Part shown: positions 36,366 through 48,585 of the stretch, in pieces
How positions within the stretch are numbered: the stretch's first letter is position 1
Layout: the number at the start of each line of letters is the position of its first letter
NCBI GenBank assembly: GCA_013265495.1
Contig: MU058531.1
Location: forward strand, 248,001-312,000
Source of the DNA: Vicugna vicugna
Taxonomy: Eukaryota
Length of the DNA stretch: 64,000 bases
Direction: 5' to 3'
Position numbers and translations under genes: made by a program
The notes under the pieces: generated by a model
Database searches by the model: none
The model's input: the letters and a program-made list of their open reading frames with translations, nothing else
Told to the model about the DNA's origin: nothing

Positions 36366-38299
36366 AGACACATCTTACGCAGCTTCACCACATTTTCCAT
36401 GGTTTCAAGAGTCCAGCCCCAACTGGTTTTGAGCTTCATTTACCTATTACTCTGTAGCTACTCTGTTTTCTTCTCCCTCAATGACAGAACTAAAGGCACC
36501 AAAAGACCTAATAGTTCCTCCCCGGCTCATTCAGAAAGTTGTGTCAATGGCCCCAAATCAGTCGGAGTGATGATACCTACCCGATCTGATACAAATAGAT
36601 TTTCCCTCCTCTTATGAAGGTCAGGAGGCTGGAACTGATGAGAGATCTGGAAGGAGCAGATGGAGAGCATTGCCCTGCCTCCATCCCCAAGAGTCTCTCT
36701 CTAGGCCCTTTCCCTCTGCTTGCAGGTGAGAGACACTTTCACACACAGAAATACAAGAGAAGAAGGCTTTGCACAGAGGCGATCATTCCTGGAGTGGCCC
36801 TGTGTGACGTGGTGCCCTACTGGGGGCCATTTGCAGAAATGACTAGGAGACTCTCGGGAAAGAATCAAAGGTAAGGGAAGAGAGAATGGGAGAACCCAAA
36901 CATAGTCTGAGGAATACGGCTCAGTGTGAAAGGGAGGGGAACCTTTGGGTGTATTTTGCATTCTAGACCTGCCTTCCCTCCCTCCCTGTCCAGGTACTTG
37001 TGCCAGAGCCTCGAGGAGTGGAGACTGAGGCAAAGTACCTTAGAGCTCCTCTGTCGCTGCAGTTTCTACACGGGGTGACTCGGGCACATGCAGGGAGTCA
37101 ATGTAAACACTTCCCCCACTTCCTGGGGAGCCAGGAGGCCTGGTCAAGGACCAGAGCAGTCGACAGCAGGCTTGGCTTGGGCTTTGGAGGGAGCAGTGGT
37201 AGGAGTGTCACCATGGCATGTGGAGTAGGGGGACAGAAATTCCATGGACACTCCAGGGAGCTCCCAGACATATCTGGGGGTGAGACGGTGGGCTCAGGCA
37301 GGGCTGGATTCTGCTACTGTGGGTGGAAATAGAGCCAGAGAAACAGAATTTTATTTCTCTCTTCTGTTTCTCTTGTGGAAACCCTGATTATGACTTGAGG
37401 CTGGAATGACTGGGAAACACTGGTGACAGTGGGACCATAATGCCAGTCACTTCTACTGGAAAGCCTGTCATCACTCGAGCTCATTGAAAAACAATAAGCT
37501 CACTTTTAAAAGCCAATGAAAAGAACTTATAAAAACTTACAGCCATTTGGTGAAATTGATCAATAAAAATAATTTATTTTGCATAGATGTAGATAATAAA
37601 ATTGAATTACAAAATAAATCTCCAAGGTTTGAACCCATTAAAGGCTTCATACCCTTTCTTCCATTCCCATCACCAGCCTGTGGTCGTACGGCCGAAAGCT
37701 ACACCTGCAGTGGGAAGGCAGCTTTGGTCCTGCCCACTCCTCCTCTGCTCCCTGGACCAGCTCAGTGTTGAGGATGTGTAATGCTTCAGGGCTGGAGCTA
37801 GACTCAGTTCAAGGGGACTTCCTGGTTCTGTAAGTGAAGCTGCTGCTCCAAGGAGCTTCCAGGAAATGTGAGTCTTTGGGGCCCTCCCCTCGGGCTCTCT
37901 CATCCATCTCAGACCTATTAGTCACGAGGTGTCCGGTATCTGGGAACATCTCAGCATCTCCACTCAGGCCTCCGTTGACCCCTCCTGGAGCAACTGGGAG
38001 TCCTGATGATAGGAGACTCTCACTGGGCTGCCTTTAATTGCGGGCAAGGTGCTGGCTTTTTAATCAAGTGCTGGGGATCCAGAGCTACCCTGGGCAAGGC
38101 GCTGTGCCAGGCAGAGTGGTGAAACCTGCAGGGCTCCACACACTGCCTCCACCCTTAGGAGTGTTTGGGGAGAAAACATACTGAAATTAGAAAAGGAAGA
38201 GAGAAGAAGAAAAGGACAGTGTCATGTAACAGCTAAGAGCTTGGGCTCTGAACTCCCAGGAGCCCTGGGATGACCCTGTAGATGCAGTCTTGAAATATC

Positions 38300-38827
38300 C
38301 GCGTTACAGCTCAGTTGTGACAGCAACCTGGATCCTAAAGAGAGACCAAACAGCACCAGGAGAGTTGGAGAACTTAGATTTACTACGCCAGCTGACCCAA
38401 AGAAATTAACACTTAAAGCTCTACGCCCTGTTTGCAACTTTACACAGGCCTTTTATAGGCTGCCAATTTTACACTTTGCAACATCATATGCAAATAAAGT
38501 ACAACAGAAGTTGACCAACCAGGACCAAGCTTTGTAGAAATAGACCAATCAGGAGTGAGCTCCATGCAAATGAAGTAGTACAAATGGACCAATCAGAAGC
38601 TAGGGAAGTGGACCAATCAGAAGTGAGAATAATAACCACTCAGGAGTGAGAGTAATAACCAATCAGAAGTGATCTCAGGGAACCAATAGAATTCTAGGTG
38701 TAAGTTAGCCGCTTTAGAGGCAAAAAGTGAGATAGAGCCTCTGGGCCATGGAACGGGTAGGTGCTTGGAGGAGAGCAGCGGCCCTGCCTATGGGTCCTGC
38801 CGGTATTTTATGGGGCTTCCCGCCTCA
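38300..38827 (-). mobile_element. ERV LTR with a tandem CCAAT array
   Basis: Minus strand begins TGAGGCGGGAAG. TATAAAA at 38451-38457, repeated ACCAATCAG units at 38545-38687 and two ATGCAAAT. The left boundary is uncertain. Confidence 0.8.
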
Positions 38828-40147
38828 AGAGCTTCCTGGCACGTGGCTGGTACCACCCCTGTGTAAAGGAACTGGCATCCTAACAGGTCCTGGTGTTGGT
38901 GGAAAACTTAGAAAAGTGTGAGGGAGACCTTTCAGGAAAGTACACGCCCCTGAGGTGCGGGATGGGGCTCACCGGACTGCATCTGCTCCTGGGTCGCTGT
39001 GAAGATTACAAGAGCTAATTTATGAAAAGCAGCCAATTAGCACAGCTACCAGAACATACTAATCTCTCAAAAATAGTGCTATTATTGTTTCAACAGCGAG
39101 AATTGCCAGACTCCTGAGGATGGGCAGCAATTCCTGGAGGGATTTGCTAGAGGGAAGAGATTTGGGGAGCATGAGGCAGCTGGGGGTGGGGGAGCAGAGA
39201 GAAGGTAACATCTAGCAGGTGCTGTGAGATGGCTTTGAAAGTGTCAGCACCTGCTGACCTGGAGGCAACCTTTACTGAGGAGCTGTGGCTTGAGTCCGCA
39301 GACCTAGGAGAGCAGGAGGTGTTTTCAGCAGCAGTTTGCAAGGGGAGAGCGGAGCCTGGGGAGAGCCAAGGCCCAGAGGCCAAAGTTCAGGGTGTGTGGA
39401 GGTAATAGTGCGTAAACCCCACACCCTCCCAGGTGGAGCAGAGGTTTAGTACAAACAGGAAAATTGCAGACAGCATCTTAAGAGTCTGCTCCTAAAGAAG
39501 GAGAGAGCTAAAAGGAGATCAGATTCCCTAGAGGCCAAGAACAGCCCCAGAGGGAAGCCACGTGGAGGGCGGTGTTGGGGTGTGTGGGGTCCCTCCCCCA
39601 AGCAGGACTCACCAGGAGAAATCTCTCTCCCAGCCCCGCTGGGGTGTATGCCCCCCTCCCCATGTAATTCAAAGCTCCCCTGGGCCCTGCGCTGCTGAGT
39701 GAGGCCGTTGGGGGAGGCTGTGCGGCTTACTTTAGCAAACGGCGTCGAGTCAGCGCCAGTGAATCCTGGAAAGGATTAAGGCCAGAAAGTAAATTAAAAT
39801 TTAGGAAACACAGACTGAAATAAGGCCTTTTAATTTGTAGCCCCAAAGAGGCAAACTGCCGTGTTAAGGCAATTAAGCCGCTGTGATGTTGAGCGGCGGC
39901 AAAACCGCACTGCAGCTGCGCTATCAGAACTAAGGTTCACGAGTCCACCAAGCAGCCGGACCCCTCTCCTGGCGGCATCTTGTACGCCCAGAGTGCGACG
40001 GCCTCCGCCTTTCCTGTCGGCAGGGACAAGCGAGAAAGATGAGACTGCGAAAAGGTCATTCATTGGCTTTTCCAGGGTTAGACTGGGTGACCTTTGCAAG
40101 CGCAGGTTTCACAGGCCCTGGAGAGCGGAGGGCGCCAACGGGCTCTT

Positions 40148-40161
40148 CCACCAGGGGGCGT
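40148..40161 (+). promoter_or_regulatory. candidate CTCF binding site
   Basis: CCACCAGGGGGCGT matches the CTCF core CCACCAGGGGGCGC at 13 of 14 positions, in CpG-retaining non-repeat sequence. Confidence 0.7.
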
Positions 40162-41239
40162 GCTTGGCTGACTCACCCACCCCTGCGGAGCCGGCCTGTG
40201 CGGGGCTCTCCACCTTCAGCGTCCTTAGCTCCACATCCTGTTCAGAAGTGAGTGATTTTAACAATAACATCATTTCTATTTTGTGCTTCTAATTTGAAAA
40301 GGAACATACAGAAAATTTGGAAAGAAAAAAAAATGGCCCACCATCCCTGAGCTCTGGAATTCCTCTGTTGGCGTTTTAGTGTGTAATGAGTTGAATTCTT
40401 TTTTTTTTTTTTAAATTAAGTAACAGCTGGCGTCAGAATTCCTGTTAGGAGTGAAATTCTTTTTTCTTTTCTGTTTTTGAGAAAAGTCGGTACATTTTCT
40501 GGATTCAGCGTGGGAGAACTATGGTACAGGAAGGAGAGAGTTGCAGTGTGGGGGCCGGGTGTCCTCTGACAAAAGGGATTCAGCGGTGCGGGGAGGCTGG
40601 GCTTTTTTTGGTAACTAATGCAAAAAGCGTTTGTTGCGTTGTGTGAGTGGGTATTTTTTGGGTGCCGTGGGGAGGTGTTAATTTCAGGTCGAGGGCAAAG
40701 CAGGCCGCATAGACGCGGAGTCTCGGAGGTGGGGACTCAGGAGGCCGGGAGCCCAGAAACCCCCGGGAGCTGCGGCAATCTGGAGGCAGTCGTTTGGCAG
40801 GGGCTACAGTCTGGTGGGATGACAGGGGTGAGTCAGCTCTACCCAGAAATTTGGGGAAAGAAAACACCCATCTGGGTTATGTGTCGTGCTAGAAGTTTAT
40901 CCTTGGGATCTCATTTGCTTTTTGGATTGTAAGGTGCCTGACATTAAGCTTTTGATTGCCCAGGCATCCACTTCAGACCTCCAACTCCAGCAAACGCACC
41001 CCCAGCGACACAGCTGGGTGAAGTACCAGGCCCGTTTCATCCGTGAAGTTCCTCCTTTTTCAGAAAGCTCCGGTTGCCCTAGATAACTGACCGTTTGCCT
41101 CACCACTTGCTTTTCCTTCCTATGCTTTAATTCTGGATATTATGTTTTGTTTTTTGAAAGGGGGGGTACTGAATTTATTACTTATTAACTAGAAATATGG
41201 ACAGAGATTCTCGAACTTTCCTTATGTCGTTGATAGAAA

Positions 41240-41588
41240 TGTTACCGACTCCCAGGTTTTAGACTCTTTAATCAACAGAAATTTACGAGAGGCCAGAGGA
41301 GAAATTCAGGCAAGGCTTTCTTGGGACTCGTGCTCCCTCCTGGGAATGAAAACAAGTAACAGCTGACCTTGCTCGCTCACCTGATTGGGGAGTGGGAGGG
41401 AGCTGGTTCCTTAAATGGGGCGAGGGTAGGGGGTAGATAAGTGGGTGGGGCTGGAGGAGTGGCTTAGGTGGTCTGCCCACCCCCTTGGTGGTGCCGTGTG
41501 CTGGGATCATGTGTAGTACCCTGCTTCTGCCCCTACACCTCGAAAGTGTCCATTGGGTTTTGGCCTTTTTGTAGCTTATTGTCCGTGT

Positions 41589-41620
<32 letters not shown>

Positions 41621-41756
41621 GTTTTGTTTTGCCACAGCTGTGCATGGAAGCCGTTATTTTTAGTTCCTTGTAGTTTCTTTGTGTTTTGCTGGAGGAGGAG
41701 ACGTTTGTCCAGGTGCAAGCACTCTAGTAAAGGATCCTAGGTCCCAGCCTGTCTCA
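41240..41756 (-). mobile_element. ERV1-type solo LTR
   Basis: TG...CA termini, exact TSD GAAA (41236-41239 / 41757-41760). Minus strand starts TGAGACAGG like the LTRs at 331 and 2131. Contains an internal (TTTTG)n. Confidence 0.9.
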
Positions 41757-42159
41757 GAAATAATAACAAAGTTCAAAAACACCAGATTCTTGAGGGAGAG
41801 TAAGATTCACTTATAGTCTATTCTTCCTCCAGTGAGTTGTGACTCGATTCACAGGGTCTCCTGGGTATATTTATGCTTTATCTCTTTTTTTTTCCTGGAT
41901 TTAGTTTTTCTATTACAGTTTTTGTTTTATTGTGCACTTTTACCATTTTCTTCTTTCCTGTTTTTGTCAAATATTCTGTTTTTAAAAATTGTCTTTTTTT
42001 AAAAACTAGCTTTTTGTTGAATGCTTACTTTCATTGCTCTGTTCTTTGGATATGCTCATTTAAGATGTATTTATCTTTATTATTGTAGTTACAGCTCACA
42101 AGTCTTTAAATGTTGTAATGCGTTCTTTGTAATTCTGCTCTAAATAGTCTTTACACTGC

Positions 42160-42910
42160 AATTTTGTTGACATACAGCACTGCATAAATTTAAGTGCATA
42201 GCATAATTTTTTGACTTACGTATGTCGTGAAATAACTACCACAATAAGCAGTGAATATCTATAATCTCATATAGATACAAAATAAAAGAAAAAGAAAGAT
42301 GATCTTTTCCTTGTGATGAGAATGCTTAGGATTTACCCTCTCAACAACTTTCACATATAACACAGTGTTAGCTATATTAGTCATGTTGTATATTATATCC
42401 CTAGTACTTACCTGTCTTACAATTGGGAATTTGTACCTTTTGACCACCTTCATCACCATACAAAAATATTACATAATTATTGACTATGCTCCCTATGCTG
42501 TACATTTCATCCCTGTGATTCATTTATTTTGTAACTGGAAGCCTGTACCTCTTAATTTCCCTCACTTATTTCACTTATCTCTCTCCACTGACAACCACCT
42601 GTTTGTTCTCTGTATCTATGACTCTGTTTTATTATGTTTGTTTATTAGTTTTGTTTTTGTTCATTTGTTTCAAGATTTCACATATAAGTGAAGTCATACA
42701 GTATTTGTCTTCCTCTGACTTACTTCACTTAGCATAATACCCTCTATGTTCATCCATGTTGCTGCAAATGGCAGTATTCCATTCTTTTTTGTGGCTGAGT
42801 AATATACCATTACACACACACACTCACACACACACACACACACACAGACAAACCACATCTTTTTTATCCATTTATCTATTGATGTGCACTTAGATTGCTT
42901 CTTTTTGGAT
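42160..42910 (-). mobile_element. L1 3' UTR fragment
   Basis: TTGTGATGAGAATGCTTAGGATTTAC...TTCACTTAGCATAATACCCTC...GGCTGAGTAATA, with an internal (CA)n. Confidence 0.85.
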
Positions 42911-42924
42911 CTTATGTTTTAAAT

Positions 42925-43300
42925 TTACCAATAAAGAGTGAGCTGGCAAAACACTAGGCACCTTGCCCTTGACCCCAATATAGGTAGAACTCCAGGTCCT
43001 TTCTCTCTCTCCCTCCCTTTTCTCTCTGTGTCTACCTGAGACTCCTCTACATGGCCTTGGGTGTGCCATGTACCTCGCAAGACATGTGAGTAATAAGCCT
43101 TTATTTTTCAGAGTCCCCTGATGGTTATTGCTCAGGGTATCTTGTAATTACAATAAGAACCACAAGGTCAGTCCAACCGAACTATTGGCTCCAAATGGGA
43201 AATGTTCTTGGGGTTCACTACAAGTAGTACAGACCCAGTTTAATGTCTCCAGCATTTCTAGCCAGTAGCATCACTATCTATAGGCTGAGACTGACCCAAA
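42925..43300 (+). mobile_element. old LTR fragment (MER21/MER34-like)
   Basis: GACATGTGAGTAATAAGCCTTTATT...GATGGTTATTGCTCAGG; similarity by recall only. Confidence 0.45.
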
Positions 43301-43331
43301 ACAATATTGTCATTTTATGTGTATGTATGTG

Positions 43332-43334
<3 letters not shown>

Positions 43335-43371
<37 letters not shown>
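43335..43371. repeat. (CA)n microsatellite
   Basis: Directly visible dinucleotide run. Confidence 0.95.
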
Positions 43372-43376
<5 letters not shown>

Positions 43377-44539
43377 ATACAGTTTATATCCTGTTATAAT
43401 TTTTCTTTGTTCTTGGTTATTTTCCCTGTCCTTTAAAAGTATATACATACATGCATGTGTGTGTGGATATATGTATGTACATGCATGCATATTGTATGTA
43501 AATATACAACATGCATACATATGTGTAAATACATATATGAAACTTAGAATGTTTAAAAACTGCAGTAGTCCATCATTTATATGAAACTCTGATGCCTTAA
43601 TTTGGATGTTGAGGGTGTTTCTGTGGCAGTGACAAAGACAACCTCTTGACTTGATTTGGAGCTCAGGGGGCTGAGGATTCACTTCTGACGTATCCTCCAC
43701 AGCTCTGGCCGTTCCTGCCCCCAGAGACCCCCCCAGGACCCCCCAGGCACAGTGGCGACCACTCTCAACATTGCATTCAGCTATTTCCATTGTGTGTTTC
43801 CACTTCCTCCACTATGCCAGGGGCTCCCTGATCTCAGGACACCTCCTGTTTCATCTTCCTCTTGCAGCTCAGGCATACTGTGTAGGTTCAGGACATGTTT
43901 TAAATAAACACGAGTGCTGAGTCAATGGGCAGACATCCCCCGACCCCCAGTCGTGGGCGGACACCCACCTCCGTCACGCTTCTCCTACTCTGGTGAGGCA
44001 GCATTCTATGCTGACGTTAAATCTGCTTCCCACAGTGCTTAGATGAGCCCCAAGGAGGTGTGTCTTCATGACTTCTGCGTCCAGGTAACTGCACTTACAT
44101 AGATTCTTTTCATGTGTGACATCCAGCAGGTTTCCCAAGAGTATTTTGTATTGCCCATTGTTCTGTTTTCTGAAGGTGCGAGAGAGTGTGGGGAGGGGTG
44201 CATGAGATGGGGAAAGAGGGGACAAGCTGAGACTTCCCCCTGGCATGCATTCATATACAATTACTATTTTGACTTTAGGTAGTTAGACCCTTAAAATATC
44301 ACATTCCAATTCTGGAAAAACTTAAGAACTCAAGAAGCAAAAATATGAGAACCAAAACTCATGCCTTACTGTTTTGAATTTGAATAGTTGAAAGGATGTC
44401 CATGTGCACAATTATACTCCATCAACAGTTTTGTAAACTTTATTGTTTTTGACATTTCTGATATCTGAAGAATTGAGCTGTTAATTAAAAAACAGACTTC
44501 TTTTTATTGGCAGCTGGGAAGTACCTTCTAGAACCAACA

Positions 44540-45390
44540 CATCCTTTGTGTGGGAAATAAGTGTTTCCTTTGCTTCTTTTTTTTCCCCCCAGGAGTTTCT
44601 GTTTAGAAAAGGTGAGTCCTGGTGCCTGTGTCCAGCAGTTAAGTAGAATAAGTGGAGTGGTCAGCAGGCAATGTGATTCCTTTTTCCCTTCCTGTACCGC
44701 TTGCTGAAGATAATGCAGTATGTATATAGTAAGCTCAGAGAAAAGGGAAACTAGGACTTTTTCAGACATTCCATTCAACAGAAGCTGGCTTTCTTCAAAA
44801 AATTTTCCCCCTCTTTCTTTTACCTTTTTACTACTCTAACAGAATTGCAATGAGTTAAGATACTTAAGACCCAATCAACTATGTGGCTATTGTACACGCC
44901 ACATAATAAAAACGGAAACTAAGGACAGAGAAATAAGTGATGTCTTCCTTAAAAACACGTGCTTTTCAGAGTGTGTGGAATCTTAGAATCTAGAATCTTA
45001 GCGTCTAAAATCCCTGGAGGAGCCCTTGGAGGTGACGTAGCAAAACCCCTGGGGAGTCTGCACTGGCACTCCTCTCAGTGACCCTGGCAGACGTCGTTAC
45101 CGGTCGCGGTATTCTTCCCACTGTGCGGAGACAGGGCCTCGGCATCCTTCTCAGCAAACCATTCTGGTTCTTCTTTATTAATTCATGGGAGTTGGTACTC
45201 AAGATAAAAGCTCTTTGCCCACTGTGACTTAGACATGCAACCCACTGTATGAAGGAAGTTTCTTTTATAATGCCTTGGATAAACGATTCAGGGCTTCCCA
45301 CTTCTGTTTCCAAATTATCTCTGTAGCTCCCAACAATTATATGTACCATGAAGTTCAGCCAAGTGGAATGTTCTGTGGTTCCCAAAGAAA
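44540..45390 (-). mobile_element. probable ancient CR1-clade LINE ORF2 relic (endonuclease end and linker)
   Basis: Peptides IIVG...SFIQWV...FILSTNSHELIK (cf. VMGDFN...FLTQ.V...LDL.LTN.EELI), then SKR.RK and NTYF (cf. SKRK..., LNAFF), appear in the expected order. Confidence 0.45.
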
Positions 45391-46339
45391 GTGTTCATTG
45401 TTCTTGTATGGCTTCGTACGTCTCCAGCATTGGTTCCCATAACATTCCAGCATCTTTCAGTGGCCGTCCAAGAGCTGCCATTGCAGCAAAGACTTCTAAC
45501 CATTAGTACCTCACAGAAGTTTATGTGATCATCGAAATCCTCACAGCACTCTGCATCTTATAATAAACTCTAGTAGATGTTTTGTCTCCAAGACTTTTTT
45601 TTCCTGTGTGGTATCTCAGAGCCTTAAAAATTTTTTTTTCTGAAGACTTTAAAATTTTTCAATTGGTTTTAAATTCTCTCTTGGCCAACATTTTTGGGTT
45701 TCAGAACATCTGGATGAAATGTAAAAAAGACTCAGATAATCCGTCCAATGTTTGGCTTACCCAGTGCCAAAGGAGTCTGAAATTTTTCCTTTTCTAGATT
45801 TAACTGATTAGAAATTTGATGTTTTTCTCTCCAGTGGGAAATCACTTACTCTTGTTTTCATTGCCTCAGTCAACTCTGTATCTTAGCGACTATTTTCAAG
45901 GCACTTTTCACCAGTATATGTTTTTATGCAAAAGTAGATAACTGTATCTTTCCCAGAGCATGACAAATACATAGACAGCTGAGGTCTCACTAGCCTGACG
46001 ATCACGAATTTTATGGTGGAAACTCACTGGCATCGCTGTCATACTATTATCCGCAGAAGAATAAAAGTGAGGGTGAGGCAAGTCTCTCCTGAAGGTGCTC
46101 AGGTTAGGGTACTCTACAAAAAAAAATCCAACTTCATTTTATGTCAGTCTCAGCCTTGGAGGTGCCCTGTCAAATACTGCCTTGCATTACAAAGGAGTTT
46201 TCACGTATGTAGAGCTGTGACCTATAAAACATTCTGAAAAATAACAACTCTTCTGATGTTCGAGAGAACTTAGTGAGTCTACGTTATATGTGTCACGTAA
46301 ACACAGACTTCCTTAAATTGAAGTTTGACGATTCTCATT

Positions 46340-46660
46340 CATCCTAAACCACAGTTTCTCCCATTTCTTCCATAGATTTAATGTAAATCTCTCCCTCTTC
46401 AGACTGTCCGTTCCTCTGTCCTGTCCTCAGTGGAATGGGCTTGTGGCTAACTACCATTGTTTGTATGATGTGCTTTCATCGCTTGAAAATTTATAGTCAC
46501 CTTCTGTTCTTCTATCTGAAATAATCTTTATTCTTTTAACATTTCCTCAGAAGCTCTGTTGAATCTGTTTTAAAAAATTTGCTCTTCTGTGGACCTCTCT
46601 GAGTTCACGAGGTTTTGTTCAATTCTGACTTGAACAGAGTAGCTTCATAAAGGTTGTTTA
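46340..46660 (-). mobile_element. CR1/L3 fragment
   Basis: CTTCTGTTCTTCTATCTGAAATAATC...TTTCCTCAG...GCTCTTCTGTGGAC...TGAACAGAGTA resembles the L3 RT C-terminal region in reverse. Confidence 0.5.
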
Positions 46661-47559
46661 CTGTTGTTCCCGGGCAGGTGACTTGGTGATGCTGCAGGAG
46701 AAAGCACTCTGAGGCCGCTAAAGCAGCGCCCCCGTGGAGGAGATGGTCATCGCTTGGCTGCACCCTTGGGGCCGGGGGTTCTCATTTCAGGAGGTAAGAT
46801 TTAACTGTGTCTTCACTTGTTCAGTCACTCACTCATTTATTCAGCGATAACCTTCCTAGCAAATGCTAAACGCTAGACAAGTATTAGAAGGTGGGCTTCT
46901 CAAGAGTCTATCTCAAGAATCTTCCCCTCCGAACACCTATGTATGTGACAGCTGGACTTGCCGTTTCAGGTTTTAATCTCTGATAAGTAGTGTGAACAAG
47001 TTCTCAGGGGTGGAGTCAGAGCAACTTTCAAAGGCAGCTCTCTCTACCTGAATCCAAAGCAGATTTCCTTTCCCTTTAGCCACTCACTACTGGCGTCCCA
47101 CGACCTAGCTGGGGCTCCTTGACTCATCCCCATGTGGGGGCAAATTCACTGTTAACTGGGCCTCACCCTCTCAGACTGAGGGCAGTGTCTGTGTCCTTTT
47201 GTGTAAATCTTGAGGTTCTAATTTTCAGTTTTTCCCCCGTCATTCTCCTCAGCTGGTTCAAAGGATTTTTGTATAAGTGGGATACTTATGTTCATTCTGT
47301 AAATAGGGGTGCTATGGTTTAGGCAGAAAGCTTCATCTAACTTATTTAAAAAATCATTACAGTGCATTTGTTGAATGCCTAGAATATTGGATGCCATGCT
47401 AACCAGTGTCCGCTCCCACAAGGGACTCAAAGCCCAAGAGGTGGAGGCAGGGATGTACATAAATGAAACTACACAGAATTACGTATAATGTAGAGTGTGG
47501 GAACCAACCATGGGGCCAGGGATGGAGAGAGTCTTGAGCTGAATCTCAAAAGATCAGAA

Positions 47560-48310
47560 GATACCAACTTCCTTTTCTGGCCATGACAGAGTAACAGGCA
47601 TAAGATTTATCTTCCTGTCATGAAAAAATATAAAACTGTAAAAATAACATGAGTGAACTATTTAAAACCACAGGGACAGGTTCTCGAGAATAGGGAAATG
47701 CATAAGGGGAGCTTCCCGTTCACCTCAGCTTCTTTCCTGCATGCACAGGGAGGGGGGACCCACCCCCACACAGAGACCTGTAGTCCTACCTGGGGGAGCA
47801 AACAGAGATCAGAGTTTGGTGCTCTGGGATGATGGAATTTGCTGGGCAGGGTACTGAGAGGAGGAAACTGCTTAGAAAAAGACTTCCAGAAATCTGCAGA
47901 GGGGTTCTCTTCAGTCTCAAGACAGATTTTAAGCTGTGCATGTGCAGGGTGAGACTCCGCGATACCCGGCAGCAAAGAGCTGCTAGGGGCTGTGAGCCGA
48001 CTGGAGATTCCGTGGTGCTGGGAGTTACTGGAGTTCCGAAAAGCTGGAGTGGGAGGTCTTACCAGACATTCCAGACATAACTAAGAACCCAGAAAGACCG
48101 TTCCTTAAGAACAGGGCTACACTCGCCATAGATAAAGGGCTGTTCCAGACACCTTCACAAAGCCTAAAACAGACTCTGTAAGGTGAAGCTGGGCAGTCAG
48201 TTAACTGCGGGCTAGAATAAAACTGAATGTGAAGATGTGGAAAAAGTCTATTCCATTTGGCACATCCACTGGTCCCAGATGTCTGGAGCATCCAGGTTAC
48301 AGAGAAGATG
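47560..48310 (+). mobile_element. old L1M 5' region fragment
   Basis: TTCCAGAAATCTGCAGAGGGGTTCTCTTCAGTCTC...TGTGCATGTGCAGGGTGAGACTCC resembles an L1M 5' UTR. Confidence 0.55.
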
Positions 48311-48369
48311 GCAGGAGAGGCAGGTTGAGGCCTGGCGATGAGTGATGTCATGCAGTGATCCGTGATGTA

Positions 48370-48585
48370 CACCTGCTGTTCAGTCCACAACGAAGGGCAG
48401 GACGGGACATTCTTTTAGACTTTACAGGCCCCATACAGACTCCGTTGCATAGTCTTCACCTTTAAAAAAATAGTCTTCAAATCCTTTTAAAAAAAAAAAT
48501 AGAAGAACTGTTTTTCATTCAAAGGTTGTACGAAAAACAGTGGGCTCAGTCTGGCCTGCATTCTGCCGTGTGCTGACCCGTGTCC
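48370..48585. mobile_element. MER58-like hAT-Charlie element
   Basis: AAGGGCAGGAC...TTTTAGACTTTACAGGCC...GGTTGTACGAAAAACAG...TGCTGACCC. Confidence 0.55.

Noticed and set aside
38540..38690. CRISPR-like repeat-spacer array
   Set aside because: These are short degenerate tandem units inside an LTR in mammalian DNA, with no unique spacers and no cas genes.
46722..46740. Reverse CTCF site convergent with 40148
   Set aside because: It matches only the GGGGGCGC half, and the conserved CCAG core is broken.
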